Origin: Eledone cirrhosa
Taxonomy: Eukaryota
NCBI GenBank assembly: GCA_964016885.1
Contig: OZ024742.1
Location: 30,938,001 to 31,002,000, forward strand
Length of the DNA stretch: 64,000 nucleotides
Direction: 5' to 3'
Both the position numbers and the translations under genes were made by a program. Of the stretch, positions 42,343 to 57,067 are shown in pieces; position 1 is the stretch's first letter, and each line of letters begins with the position of its first letter. The notes below the pieces were generated by a model that was not told the DNA's origin, did no database searches, and saw nothing but the letters and a program-made list of their open reading frames with translations.

Positions 42343-45218
42343 GAATAGTGGAGGCAAAACATACAATGGGTATGGCTGTGTGATTAATAAGTTTGTTTGG
42401 CAGTCTTGTAGTTATAGATTTGATCCTGCACCACTGCCATCTTGGGCAACTATCTTCTATCATAGTTGCTTTCAGTTGACTGATATCTCGTGAATAAAAT
42501 TTAGCAGAGACTGTGGAAGTGTGTTGCGTGTGTATATGTGTATATACATACTTGGGATAGTAGAGTGTGACTATAATAGAAAGAGTCAAAGCCCAATGGC
42601 TGAGCTCCAACTTCCATATAATATATATATATATATATACATACATGTACACATCATCATCAATATCTTCGTTTAACGTCCATTTTCCACGCTAGCATGG
42701 GTTAGACATATACATACATACATGAAAATTTCCTCTAATGATGTCTGGTTTATATAGCAGACCAGACATCTAGAAACAAGATTAAAACAACAGCCCCCAC
42801 CCCACCCTCCATGGTTACACACAGCAATGGTTACTTAGAAAAATAAAGTATAATTTAATGGTTTATCTTCACCTTTCAGTTATAGTTACAGCATGATCAC
42901 CCCCAACACCATTTTACATATATTTATTATGCTAGGAATGAGTTAGACAGGTTGTGACATTCTGAGACTAAACAGGTCAAATTGTGGGACCGCATGCGAG
43001 ATGTGACCCTTAGTCCATTTGAAAGGTCAATAACTTTGACTTAGTAGTGAGCTGGTCTGTGACAACTTGTCCAACCCTTTATAGAATGGAGAACGGTTAA
43101 ATGATACTGCTGCTGATGTAAATACAGATGAGAGAAAGATACTTTAACTTCAAACTTGCCATGTCTGTAGTCCCTAACAATGTTGCTAGCCTAATAGTTT
43201 TAAACTTCCAGAAGGTGGCTCTCGTGTCACCCAAGCAATTATTACTATTTGATTTAATACAAGAAATATGGGACACTTTTTGTGTCCTGTATATTGTTTA
43301 ATGTCCCCTTCTTAGCTCAAGTTAAGGTTCAGCACACCTTTTAATGTCTCCTTCTTAGCTCATGTCAAGTTCTCAGCTCTCATACACATGCAACAATAAA
43401 ATACTGGAAACAGTTGCAATTCTCTAGTTGTACATGGTTCTGTGCCCTATGTTGGTGTTGTCAGTACCTAGGTGGGCCCATTGTCTTCACATAGTGGTCT
43501 TCCTCATCTAGAGAGGAGAGGGTGGGGTCTAGGTCTTGAGATAGTGGAGTATGTGTATATCACCTTGGGAGCCTATAACAGGGAAGTGGAGTCTATGTCT
43601 TGCTATATTGGGGTATGTCTCCATTTCCTAGGGAGCCCATAATGGAGAAGTACTTCATTTTTGAAGGGAAGGAGTGAGAAAAGGTTGTCATATTCAACAT
43701 CCATTGTATCATCATCATCATCACTGTTTAACATCTTATTTTCCATGCTCACATAAGTCAGACGGGTCACCCACATTAAAGGGCAAGTCTGGCCATGGTA
43801 TACCCTGCTCAAACGGAACTATTTTGGCTGTTTTTTTTTCACAGCTATATATATATGTGCGTGTGTGTACACGAGTATGTGTGTCTGTGTGTGTATATAT
43901 GTCCCCCCCCCCTCACAAACACGAATAAAATCATATCCCAGTTCCAGCCCCTCATCCTTCCCTCCTCCTCCTACCCCAATCAATTCCTCAGTGGACATCT
44001 CATCAAGGTGAACAATAGGATTTAAAAGAGTTCCTATAGTATGTAACAGGTATTACATTCCTCACCTGTCCTGTTCAAGTCATAGCTCATGTCATGTTTG
44101 CCTGAGTGACAGCTGATTAATTAGAATTGTGTTGGGCTGTTGATTACTATTCCATCAGTTACCACACCACACCATCTTACCTTTTCATTACAGCAACTAT
44201 TGTTGACACCACCACCACTAATATCACCACTAGACCACCACCTCCATCACTGTACCACCACCTTCACTATCACTAGACCACCACCTCCATCACTGTACCA
44301 TCACCTCCACCATCACTAGACCACAACTAATACCATCACTAGACCACAACCACCATCACTAATATCATCAGTAGACCACCACCTCCACCAACACCACTAA
44401 TACCATCACTAGACCACCACCACCCTCACCACCACCACAACTAATACCATCACTAGACCACCACCACCATCACTAATATCATCAGTAGACCACATCAACA
44501 TTACTATTACCACTCAGTCCACACTGTAGAGGGGTTGTGTTGGTGTCACAACAAAAAGCACCCAGTAAACACTGTAAAGTGATTGTGCTGGTGTCACAAC
44601 AAAAAGCACCCAGTACACACTGTAAATGTGGTTGGTATTAGGAAGGGCATCTAGCCACAGAAACCAAGCCAAAATCAGTTCTGTATGAGCAAGATGCAAT
44701 CATCTGATTTGACTCGTCTCATAATGAGATGACTCGTCTAACCCAAGACCCTTCAGTTTGTTTTAAAAGACACAACTTCTCTTTACTTGATAGAACATAT
44801 GACCATATGTAAGCCAGATGCAAACCCAACGGCCTATCTGTCAGGTACTGTAGCCTCACTTCAGTACTGACATATAGACCCGTCCAACCCTTTCTAGCAG
44901 GAAAAGCAGATGTTAAATGATGATGATGATGATGTATGTATATATATATATACATATTTATTAAAATAACAGATTAAAGTTTAAGCAAAGAATCGCTGCT
45001 TACACCTTTAACGGAATCTTCTGATATATATTTATCCTTATTGAGCGCTCTTTGGATTTTAGTCTTCACATTTATTATTATTACTATATACATATATATA
45101 TATATATACAGTATTTTCCGTTGTGTTGTAATATAAATATTACACACAGTAGATTATCACCTCACGTAGAGTTTGCTCGACGGTTCCAGTTGTAGTTCCA
45201 AAAGTAATCCGGAGAAAA

Positions 45219-45580
45219 ATAGAAAGATTTGAATGGATACAGTTTAGTTGAAAGGAATTTATTGACACGTGTTTCTATAACAGTTACATAACCTAAAACA
45301 GCTATCTACAAACTTTTAGTTATGCAGACATTCAATATTTCAATGTTATTATTTACTGTCATTTCATCAGAATAATATTACTGAGGACCTATATATTCTC
45401 TATAAAAACTAAATAGGTCCTCAGTAATATTATTCTGATGAAATGACAGTAAATAATAACATTGAAATATTGAATGTCTGCATAACTAAAAGTTTGTAGA
45501 TAGCTGTTTTAGGTTATGTAACTGTTATAGAAACACGTGTCAATAAATTCCTTTCAACTAAACTGTATCCATTCAAATCT

Positions 45581-45586
<6 letters not shown>
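45219..45586. repeat. Fold-back palindrome (~174-bp arms, 20-nt spacer) with a canonical Penelope-type hammerhead in each arm
   Basis: ttatt-CTGATGA(45435)-a-ATGACAGT...ACTGTTAT-a-GAAAC-ACGT-GTC(45541)-aataa. Mirror copy at 45259-45375. Confidence 0.92.
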
Positions 45587-45620
<34 letters not shown>

Positions 45621-45815
45621 AAAGAGTCAGGACCCCAACGGCTGAGCTCCGGTCATTAGCTAGATCTAGTTGTCGAACGGCCGGAGCTCAGCCATCGGGG
45701 TCCTGACTCTTTTCCTATTACCCACTCTACTACACTAAGTATCGAGTACTCTGGTGCGTTATGGTCCACCTGGTATCTTACCACACTTTCTTTGTTATAT
45801 ATACATATATATATG

Positions 45816-45855
<40 letters not shown>

Positions 45856-46476
45856 TATATATTTGTTTTTTTTTTGATGATTTTAGTGTTAAAGAATAAA
45901 AACTAATGATAAAATAAAAATATATTTTTTAAAAATGAGGTCTCTGAGGATGTGTGGTCCTAAGTTACAGTTTATAGGTAAGATCAACACTGAGCAGCAC
46001 TATGATTAAAGGCGTTCCAGCAATGACCATCACATCGTTTTGTATATCAGGAACATTTTTTTTTTTTAACAGCAGAGGGTAATTTCGCTGCTATTTCTAA
46101 CATGTCGAGTATGCTGGTAGAGGCAGGAAAGGGTGGTTGGTTAAGAGCGTACTTGTTATTTTTACACCTATCCTGTCTCTGACATTTTTACACCTTTTCA
46201 TTAGCTATCAGGTGTGACTGAACAACAATTAACCTGTGAGGAAAAGTTGTCTAAACAACATTATAGATATGATATAAAGGTAACAGGTGACATATGTGTG
46301 TACACACACATATATATATAATAGAATATATATATATATATATTATATATATATATGATGATGATGATGATATATATCATCCTCATAACTGTTTTACGTC
46401 CATTCTTCCACTCTAGCATAGGTTAGACAAGTTGTCCTGTTGTGGGCAATGCCAGGTCAGGTGACCATGTCTTGCT

Positions 46477-46523
<47 letters not shown>

Positions 46524-46782
46524 GAAAATATCTGTGTATCATCATCATCATCATTGTTTAACGTCCATCTTCCACGCTTGCATGGGTTTGGACGGGAGTT
46601 TTCCCACTTGAGGCAAGATTGGTTGTCTTGCTCGTATAGGACTGTATTATATATATAATATATTCAAACACAGCGGAGAGTCTGAGACAATCACAAATGA
46701 ATATATGTGTATCTACCTCTCTATCCCCTTTTCTTGTGCGCCCTTGTGGCAAATAAAGAAATCTATCTATTTACCCATCTAG

Positions 46783-47130
46783 CTATCTATCTACCTACCC
46801 ACCTATCAATCTACTCATCCCTCCAGATCTAGTAGTAAATCTATCTATCTACCTACCCACCTATCAATCTACTCATCCCTCCAGATCTAGTAGTAAATCT
46901 ATCTATCTACCTACCCACCTATCAATCTACTCATCCCTCCAGATCTAGTAGTAGATCTATCTATCTACCTACCCGCCTATCAATCTACTCATCCCTCCAG
47001 ATCTAGTAGTAAATCTATCTATCTACCTACCCACCTATCAATCTACTCATCCCTCCAGATCTAGTAGTAAATCTATCTATCTACCTACCCACCTATCAAT
47101 CTACTCATCCCTCCAGATCTAGTAGTAAAT
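46783..47130 (+). repeat. 58-bp minisatellite, 6 copies
   Basis: Unit ctatctatctacctacccacctatcaatctactcatccctccagatctagtagtaaat. Confidence 0.95.
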
Positions 47131-47501
47131 GTTAGAATGCAAACTTATTTACAATGTCAGAACACTGCTGCGCAAATGTGAAGTTGTTCTCATGTGTTAA
47201 ACTAATTAGTAGCCGGTATATTGCAGCTCGTATACAGGAAACAACACACACACATGTACACACACGTGTGTATTAAATGTGTAATATCTCATACATAAAA
47301 GTAGTTGTTGAAAAGGTTATTTTCAACAAAATGCATGATAATAGTTTTGTACAGTTGACCTGCTTAGGAGGGAACACAAAGTGAGAGATAGGTGGATTGT
47401 CAATGTTTTAATAATAGAACTAAATACACCAATGGTTATTTTTGTGGCTTAAATGTCGAATTTGAAAGCAATTGCAGTGAACACACACACACACACACAT
47501 A

Positions 47502-47605
47502 TACAGGATGTCCCCCAAAAATGTATACACACTTCAATAGCATCCTAATAAATATTGCCTGTACAGGTAATCAAAGTATATATACACTTTTTGGGACACC
47601 CTGTA
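47502..47605. mobile_element. Tc1-type MITE (related copy ~25165-25561 interrupted by a SINE)
   Basis: TA|CAGGATGTCCC ... GGGACACCCTG|TA. Confidence 0.75.
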
Positions 47606-47621
47606 TATATAATATATATAT

Positions 47622-48650
47622 AGTGGGTACACAAGAGATGTAGCGGGATCTCAGGAAGCTTAATTAAGAATGTAGGCTTCACATGCAGCAGCTGTGCTGG
47701 GACAGCAAGCAGCAAACAGCCACAGGAAACAAGTACCACCAATCTCTGGGAGGGCTCTGTAGAAACAGTAGACAGCTTCTGCTACCTAGGTGATCGAATT
47801 AGCAGCGGAGGTGGGTGTTCAGAAAGTACAATAACTAGGGTAAGAACGGGATGGAAGAAGTTTAGGGAACTACTACCACTGCTAGCTGCAAAAGGCTTCT
47901 CCCTCAAAATGAAAGGCAGACTGTATGATGCGTGTATCCGAACAGCGATGTTGCATGGCAGTGAGACCTGGGCGCTGAAGGTGGAAGACTTACGTAGATT
48001 AGAGAGAAAGGAAGCCTGCATGCTCCGATGGATGTGCAATAGTAATATACGCGACCGACAAAGCATAAATGAATTGAGAGAGAGACTGAGCATAAGAGGA
48101 ATCAAATGCTGTGTGCAGGAGAGGCGGTTGCGTTGGTATGGACATGTGATGCGTATGAAGGATGACAGCTGCATAAAAAGGTGCAGAGCACTAGAAGTCG
48201 ATAGAAACCGCGGAGTGGGGAGACCCAAGATGACCTGGGATGAGGTGATAAAAGCCGACCTTACCCAATTACACCTCTCAAAGGCGATGACACATGACCG
48301 TGACCTCTGGCGTCACGCAGTAATACAGAGTACCCAACCTCCCATGGGTACAAGCTGAAGCATATAGACAATATGCCCCCACACCCCCCACTGCAAGGTG
48401 GTCGTGGAGGTACCACGGCAAAAAAGCACCCAGCCCACACTGTAAAGTGGACGTGTAGGCGCCACGAAAAAGCACCCAGCACTCACTGTAAATGAGGTTG
48501 GTGTTAGGAAGGGCATCCAGCTGTAGAAATCAAGCCAAATCAGTTCCTGTATGAGCAAGGCATGGTCAACCGACCAGACACTGCCCACAACAGGACAACC
48601 CGTCTAACCCGTGCGAGCGTGGAAGACGGACGTAAAATGATGATGATGAT
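47622..48650 (+). mobile_element. RTE LINE 3' fragment
   Basis: WVHKRCSGI...SFCYLGD...[20 protein letters not shown]...WYGHVMR; (GAT)n tail. Confidence 0.92.
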
Positions 48651-49164
48651 ATATATATAAACACAGTAAAGAGAGAACACATACACATATTTATATCATC
48701 ATCATCATCATCGTTTAACGTCTATCTTCCATGCTAGCATGGGTTAGACGGAATTGTCCCACTTGAAGCAAGATTGATCGAGTGACCGTGTCTTCCTTGT
48801 ATAGGACTATCTGGTAGGTTTTCTATGGCTGGATGCCCTTCCTAACACCAACTACATATACAGTGTGGACTGGGAGCTTTTTACCGTGTTACCCACACGA
48901 CCATATTACAGCATATTAGGGTAGTAGAGTGAGTAATAGGAAAAGAGTCAGGTCCTGACTCTTTTCCTACATACATATATATGTAGTCCCAAGTTAAATC
49001 GGAGGTAAATAGAGCACTCAATACATTAGTCGAGTGAAAACATCAAAACTTAATATATAGAAATGGCTTCTACATGACTAGAACTGTTTCAAACGTACGA
49101 AATCATAAGGAATGAAACAGTCCTAGTCCTGTATTAGCCATTTCTATATATATATATATATATA

Positions 49165-49735
49165 TGTGTCCCAACAAAAAGCACTCGGCCCACACTGTAA
49201 AGTGGTTGTGTAAAAGTCATGACAAAAAACACCGATCCCACACTGCAAAGTAGTCGTGTAGGTGTCATGACAAAAAGCACCCAGTCCACACTGTGGGGTG
49301 GTCGTGTAGGTGTCATGACAAAAAGCACAAAGTCCACACTGTGGGGTGGTCGTGTAGGTGTCATGACAAAAAGCACCCAGTCCACACTGTGGGGTGGTCG
49401 TGTAGGTGTCATGACAAAAAGCACCCAGTCCACACTGTGGGGTGGTCGTGTAGGTGTCATGACAAAAAGCACCCAGTCCACACTGTGGGGTGGTCGTGTA
49501 GGTGTCATGACAAAAAGCACCCAGTCCACACTGTAAAGTGGTTATGTAGGTGTCATGACAAAAAAGCAGCTAGTACTTACTGTAAATGTGGTTGGCATTA
49601 GGAAGAGCATCCAGCCGTAGAAACCAAGCCCAAAACAGTTCTATACAAGGTCACCTGACCCAACTTGCCTCTAATGGGACAACCCGTGTAACCCATGTTA
49701 GCGTGGAAAATGGACGTTAAACGACGATGATGATA
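49165..49735 (+). repeat. 48-bp tandem array (~8 units) within an RTE 3' end
   Basis: Unit ggtggtcgtgtaggtgtcatgacaaaaagcacccagtccacactgtgg, followed by the RTE tail GGACGTTAAACGACGATGATG. Confidence 0.9.
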
Positions 49736-50278
49736 TATATATACATACTAGAACGAACATGTAATCTAATCCTATAGTTTTCATATTGATGGTGTCATAA
49801 AAACGAAAATTACTAACACAATTGTAAAATAGCTTTGTTGGCGAGGGTGTGGTTTAGCTGCCCTCACTAATTACATCAATACACACATACGACGGTTGGC
49901 TGAAAAGTCCAAAGTCTGACAGTGAAGGAATGATGCTAGGGCTGTGAAATCTTGCGTGCATTAATATCAACTCTTCTTATTAATAACTGCATTGTTTCTT
50001 TCCAGGGACTATGTTAAAAATAAACTTCATTTGGTCATTCCATGAGAGTATCTTTTCTGCCAACCCTCATATATATATATATATATGTATTTCCTGGCAT
50101 AGTAAACAGAGTTAAAACATGAAACAGTGTTAAGGACAGTCATATATTTACATATACACTTCTCCTTCTCTCCATCCGCGAAGTGAAACATAATATTGTA
50201 AATATAACGAAATATTACACGAGAGAATTAAGAGACTTAAAACACGAATATTAATGTAAATATATATATTAGTGTAAT

Positions 50279-50310
<32 letters not shown>

Positions 50311-50460
50311 TGTATATATATATATATATATATATATTGTATATATATATATATATTGTATATATATATACAATAAATATATATATATATACAATATATA
50401 TATATATATTGTATATATATATATATTGTATATATATATACAATAAATATATATATATAT

Positions 50461-50500
<40 letters not shown>

Positions 50501-50633
50501 ATATATATATTGTATATGTATAGTCGGGGTTCTGACTACACATATACCTATCTCTCACGATATATATATATCGGGATGTGTATACCCACACTAACATACG
50601 CACATATATCGGTATGTGTATATAGACACACAC

Positions 50634-50665
<32 letters not shown>

Positions 50666-50729
50666 CTATATACACATACCGATATATGTGCGTGTGTTAG
50701 TGTGGGTATACACATCCCGATATATATAA

Positions 50730-50779
<50 letters not shown>

Positions 50780-51204
50780 TTATATATATCCGAGTGTATA
50801 TATGTATATATATATGATAGGAGTGTCAACCGAGCTATGGTGTTGTTACGCCTCCCAAACGAGACACCTGAAAACAATAAGGTTTGAAGACAATTAAAAT
50901 CCATTTTAAGGATTACCTACGTAAGATATCCTTTTAGTCGCTGTTACTGTGTATCTGTAGATTTCTATACCAATACAATAGTAATTGTTGCAGTTAAACT
51001 ATTTCCGAGAAAATTCCATCAGCTGGCGAAGAGCAACAAATCAACTTTTGTGGTTTTCATTTCTTTCAAATAAGAGATTTCTACATCCGTCTATTGTAAT
51101 TTTTGTTACCCCACTCCCACAGATCAAACCTCCACCCTGTCCTTCCACTGCAGATACTCTTATCTACTTTCACTATTGTTTTAATGGGGAAATGGTTACA
51201 GGCT

Positions 51205-51312
<108 letters not shown>

Positions 51313-51457
51313 ACACACACATATATATATACACACACACACACACACATACACACATATGTGTGTGTGTGTATATATATAATATATATGTATATATATA
51401 TATAATATATATACATATATATTATATATATATACATATATATTATATATATATGTA

Positions 51458-51520
<63 letters not shown>

Positions 51521-51523
<3 letters not shown>

Positions 51524-52226
51524 ACAGGGGGGAAGAAAAAATGGCTTCACTTGTGCTTTCAACAAATTTCTTTTCTTCACAAAATCCAAAAAGAATTTTT
51601 TTCGGATTAGAAAAATTTTTTTTCTTAAATGTGTGTTGAACAAAGGACTAACTTTGGGATGGACGTAGAAAAATTCTTCAGGAAAAAAATAAAAAAATAA
51701 TTATTCACAAACTTGACAGGTGCGATTTGCCTGTGACCATTCTCAACACAAAAGCAATACTAAAGCTTTTTCCCCTGAATAAAGGAATTTTTCGAGAATG
51801 ACCGGGGCAGGCCGCACTTGCTACATTTCTCCCCACCCAACCCTACTCACCGTCTCAACTCATTACTGCTATTAACACTTTTTCAACACACCTACACCCA
51901 TGCACTTATTAAAGGGGGAGAAAAGAAACCCCCACCACACCACAGACATGTTAAATCCCTATATATAGAACAACACACCACATACACATCAGTTTGACAA
52001 GCGCACCTCAGCGTGAAAGGTCTTTCTAAAAACGAAACAATACCTCCTACGTTAACCAAGAACTCCTAAGACCTAACCAACAACCAACAACTTAATTTAT
52101 AAAATAATTTTTTTTAAGAAAAAAAAAAAAATTTTTCTAATCCGAAAAAAATTCTTTTTGGATTTTGTGAAGAAAATAAATTTGTTGAAAGCACAAGTGA
52201 AGCCATTTTTTCTTCCCCCCTGTCTT
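51521..52226. repeat. Inverted repeat (~108-bp arms, ~480-bp spacer) next to a TA tract
   Basis: aagacaggggggaagaaaaaatggcttcacttgtgctttc... versus ...gaaagcacaagtgaagccattttttcttcccccctgtctt. Decayed hammerhead-like TTGACAA-GCGC-acctca-GCGT-GAAA at 51994-52018. Confidence 0.8.
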
Positions 52227-52288
52227 AATATACCTAACTGTACCAAGGATTACACACATTTTCCAATATATATATATATATATACATA

Positions 52289-52354
<66 letters not shown>

Positions 52355-52431
52355 CATATATACATATATACATATATAATATATATGTATATATATATAT
52401 AATATATATGTATATATATATAATATATATG

Positions 52432-54488
52432 CAGTGGCGTAGCTAGGGTGTGGCAAGCAGGGCACATGCCACGGGCGCCATATTTAGGGGGGCGCCATTT
52501 CGACCTAGATCGATTTACATCCATATCGTTTTTATCATTTTTAAAAATATAAGCCAAAAATGAAGCATGAGATTTCTTGATAGCCAACTTCCACGCCATG
52601 TCTAGTGCACTAGACAGAGCAGATGTCTGATTTGACTTCACAAAAACGCACCCCTCCTCCACACTGACAGACAGCAGGGTGGGTTACAATTATGCGGGTG
52701 CTATTTTTAGCTATACATTGTAAAACAGCGGATACCTCACTTGACCTTACCCCACCCCCACGCACACACTCTGACTGAAGGGACGTAGTTTTGGACGTGC
52801 AACTGGTGGACACGTAGGCGCTATTTTTAGCAATGCATTGCAATGACCAATACAAGATAATTATAATCATGAAGCTGGTTTACAAAACAGAGTAGTTTGT
52901 CTTGTACAACTGGTACATAAGACGTATAGCAAAGGTATCATAATCCAAATGGCCAGATAGGATCGGATAGCTTCTATTAGGAATTCAATTTGACTCCAGT
53001 TTAGATGGTTCAATGTTTTCTTCTATAATACAGTTCGTCAGAATTTATTAAATCGTATCCAAAAAGCAAGATACTATGGCCTGCTAAATGATTCGACCCC
53101 TGACCAGGCGCACCAAGAACAACTGTCAAAAGTTGTGCGATATGTTGATGTTGATTTCAATATGAAGACGGTCGTTGTGAGGGAATCTTTTCTTGGATTC
53201 ATTCAAATAATCAAAAAAGATGCCGCAAGCCTTGTTGAAACAATCGTGAAAGAGCTAGAAAAAGATGACCTACCACTGCAGAACTGTCGATCGCAGTGTT
53301 ACGACAATGCTTCCATAATGGCTGGGCACCGCAGTGGGTTCAGCAGAGAATGAGAGAGAAGAATAATTTGATTCACTTCGTTAATTGCGATAACCATTCA
53401 CTTAATCTGGCTGGTCTTCATGCAGCCCAAAACGATTCTGCTATGATGAACTTTTTCAGTTGCATTGACTCGTTATACAACTTTTTTTCTCGTTCAACAC
53501 GACGACGGGAAGCCCTTAAAGAAGTTGCTCCAGTGGTTGTTAAATATCCTTCCGACACGCGGTGGAGTGCTAGATGTACCGCAGTCAGACCGGTGGCGAA
53601 TTATTTGACGCTGATTGTTCAAGTTCTCGAAAAAATTAGTGATGATGAAACAGAGACATGCGAGAGTAATCTCCATAATCGGATACTGAGTTATGAATTC
53701 CTGAACTTGATTGGATTCTGGAACACGATTCTCTCACGAATTGACCGGGTTCAAAAGAGACTTCAAGATCCAAGAATGAATTTTCACGATGCTGCGCAGC
53801 TGATATAGGAGCCCTTCAACTTTATTTTAAAGAAGAAGGAACATCCTTAGTCCACGAGTCTCTTGAAATGGGCTTCGAGCTCTGCCAGAAATGGAATGTC
53901 GATTTTCCGAGGAGGCGAGGAAGACGACAAACCAATACCGAAATTACTGAGGACGTCGAGGTGGCTGCCAGAAAAGAGATAGAGAGAGAGCAATGCAAAG
54001 TTCACTCAATCGTCTTCAAACAGAAATGGAAGAACGGTTTATTCGACTTAAAGAAACCGACTCAAGTTTTGGCTTTCTTCTTGATGTCAACTATCTGTTT
54101 TATTTGGCTGCTCCTGATAACCTTGACCTTAAACAAAGGTGCAACAGTCTTGCGGAACTATACAACCTCGACATCGGCGGAGAACAATTGTATGAGGAAA
54201 TCTTGGACTGCCGATCTTTGCTGGCTACTAGGACAGCTGACCCAATTTTAAAGCCGGAGGCACTTCTCCAATTCGTCATACAATAAGGCGATGAATGTGT
54301 TTTTCCCAATTTGCGAATCAGCATTCAAATAATGTTGACGATTTCTATTTCAATTGCCAGTTACGAGAGGTCGTTCAGCAAGCTGAAGCTAATACATTCG
54401 TATTTGCGAACCTCAATGGGCCAACAACGGCTGACTGACCTCGCAATTTTGATGCTTGCCCTGGGCACCGTTTACTCTAGCTACGCCA

Positions 54489-54491
<3 letters not shown>
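52432..54491 (+). mobile_element. hAT DNA transposon, 2060 bp, pseudogenised transposase (~53030-54452)
   Basis: Perfect 15-bp TIR CAGTGGCGTAGCTAG. Motifs DSTPD..H.EQLS.VVRYV, CRSQCYDNAS.MAG, CDNHSLNL, DTRWSAR and h[24 protein letters not shown]. Frameshifts and stops; inserted in (TA)n. Confidence 0.93.
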
Positions 54492-54565
<74 letters not shown>

Positions 54566-54689
54566 TATGCATGTATACGTACATACATATATGTATACAG
54601 ACGTACAGTAGCATGCATATATATATATATACATATATATATACATATGCATACAGGTACACATACATACATGCACGTATCAGTTTAGC

Positions 54690-55550
54690 GGCGCTTATTA
54701 TAACGATCTGGCGTCTAAAAGACAACCACACCCAATATAAGTTAGACTGGGAGATTCTAGCTAGGGCTAGATCGTATAACGGAAATAAAAGACCATGTGA
54801 CCTCTGTGCAGCTGAGGCCCTGGAAATACTCTACGCCACAGACCACATCCTTAACAAAACGTCTGAGGCAATTTCGGCTTGTAAACATAAATTGCACAAA
54901 ACTTTCCTGTATTACAGCCCCACGTTATACCCTAACGGATAGTACGATCTATACGTGGATATTTTACGTCTTGATGTGGTAGCTAAGTATATGTTTTGTT
55001 TATACCATTACTTATTTGCATAGGTAAGTATATATTACCTGTATGTTTTGTGAAGGTACGTATACTTTCTCGTACGTATATTTGATTGTATATGTTATGG
55101 CGTATAATTTTTTATATATTCTGGTACATATGGATTGGTTATGTGTATACGGGTGTTTTGCGTCTGTGTGAGTATGCAGGTTCGTACGTATGTTGGGCGT
55201 GTGTATATGTGTACTTCATGTTTTGGTTGACTTACGTCTCCGAACATTTGTGTATTTACATGTAGGTATGTGTGTGCGCTTGTTATATACGTATTTATTT
55301 ATTTATATACGTTTATTTAATTATTTATTTATTTGTATACACGCACACACACACACACATATTTATATGTGCGTGGTTTTGTATACATATGGCAAGTGTT
55401 TTCGCGTATGCTTGTGTATGTACGTATTTGCATGCGTGTATGTATTTATTTAATTTCTATTACCTCTGTATTGTATTTTATTTACTTTATTCTTAACTCT
55501 GAAGCGGAGATTCATTCGGTTTCCTAGTTAGAATTTTAGTCTACGACTTA
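54690..55550 (+). mobile_element. Penelope-like element 3' fragment (same family as 61955-63720)
   Basis: [42 protein letters not shown], a GIY-YIG C-terminus, plus shared 3' region. Confidence 0.85.
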
Positions 55551-55569
55551 TATATACACACACATACAC

Positions 55570-57035
55570 ACTTACATATACATATAATTATTGGGAGGGG
55601 GGAATTAAATTTATTAGTGAGAAATAATAAATATATATAGTTTTCAAGGAACATAGAGTCATAACCTGAAGTTAAAGCATTATATATGTTTACTTAATGG
55701 TATCAGTTTTAGGAAATGATAGTTGTAAGAAGGAAAGCAAAATTATGTAGTTCATCAGTAGTAGAATATTAATAATAGGTTAACTAAATTAAAAATAGTT
55801 TATATATTAATTTCTAAAGTGTATATTAATTAGGTTTATAATAGTTAAAGGTTTTTCTCAGTTTATGATTACACGATATTATTAATTCCTGTCGCTTATT
55901 TAATAGGATATCCTTAGATTTCATTATTTCAAAAAGTTCTTGGGAACATAATCTACATTCATATCTACTATTTTGATAAGGGGTGGCCCTTTTGAGCACA
56001 CTCCAGGTCAGGTCATAATCTATATTCCTCTTTCTATAACTATTAATTATTTCAGCTAGAGATGTTGTATTAGCTAGTGCGGCGTTTTTAAAACTATGTT
56101 TGTGGGTATTAAATCTTACCTTAAATTTGTTAGAGGTAGCTCCTATATATGAATAAATTGAGTCCTTAGTGTTAACTTTACATTTATATACTATGTTATT
56201 AACAAGGCAATTTCCTTTTAATGGACAGTTTGCCTTGTTTCTACAGTTACAACTTTTCGTGAATCCTGTATCTGAGGAGATAATATGGTTAGTTTGATGT
56301 ACTCGTGGTATACTCATGTTTTTTTTTACATTTATATGCATTATAGGCACTTATATTTTGTTTTATGTTTTTGGTTGTTGAGTAGGAGAATTTAACCGTT
56401 GATCTATTTAAAATTTGATGGTATTTGTGGTTTGGCGGGAAGTTTTTCTCCAGGATATTAAAGAATTTTTTAGGTATATTATCCTTAATTTGTAAATTAA
56501 ATGGAGCATTATACCAAGTAACTCGTCTATTACGGTTTCGATGTTGTTTATTGTTTTTATAGGATGCATCCTGATGTTTATTAAAAGAATTATTGTTAAT
56601 GACTTCACCACACACATTTTTAGTTAGATTTATTGATTTAGGTGTTTTAGCTTGTTTATTAGGAGTTTTATTATTAACATTTATTAGAGTTGTAGGATGA
56701 GTAGTTTTTTGAGAGTTACTATACTTTATATTAGAAGAGTTAGAGAAATTTGGTTTTATGTTGGTGTTTTGGGGTATAGTGTGAGTGGCATTTAGGTGTG
56801 TATGTTTCATTTGGTGTTTGTTGGTAATATTAGGTTGTATGTTTGTAGTGTTATTGGTAGAAGGTATATATACTAATCTATTTTTGTGGCCACTTCTAGC
56901 TAGAGCTTCGTTATAAAAGGTCGCATTTTTATCAAATACATCTTGGTTAGACGAAAGGTTAGAAATTCTAAGTGATATATTATATGCAAGGTTTTTTTCA
57001 CTAACACTCTTATCGTTTCTGAATTTGTTTAGCAA
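55570..57035 (-). mobile_element. Penelope-like element: RT C-terminus, Asn/Thr-rich linker and GIY-YIG endonuclease, one frameshift
   Basis: ISLRISNLSSNQDVF...YNEALARSGH...VTWYNAPFN...NRSTVKFSYSTTKN, then CNCRNKANCPLKGNCL...IVYKC...YIGAT...RFNTH. Confidence 0.9.
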
Positions 57036-57067
57036 GATTCTTTATCTGAAAACGTGTGTTGAAACCG

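Noticed and set aside
45120-45218. Possible LZIC promoter or first exon (ACTACAA motif, GT donors)
   Set aside because: The segment is contiguous with the longer arm of the hammerhead palindrome, so it is more simply part of that element.
50990-51030. Hammerhead-like CTGATGG...GAAAT on the minus strand
   Set aside because: Core mismatch and no convincing stems II or III.
53135-54452. Host ZMYM1-like or domesticated transposase gene
   Set aside because: Multiple frameshifts and stops, intact TIRs and no introns indicate a dead hAT transposon.
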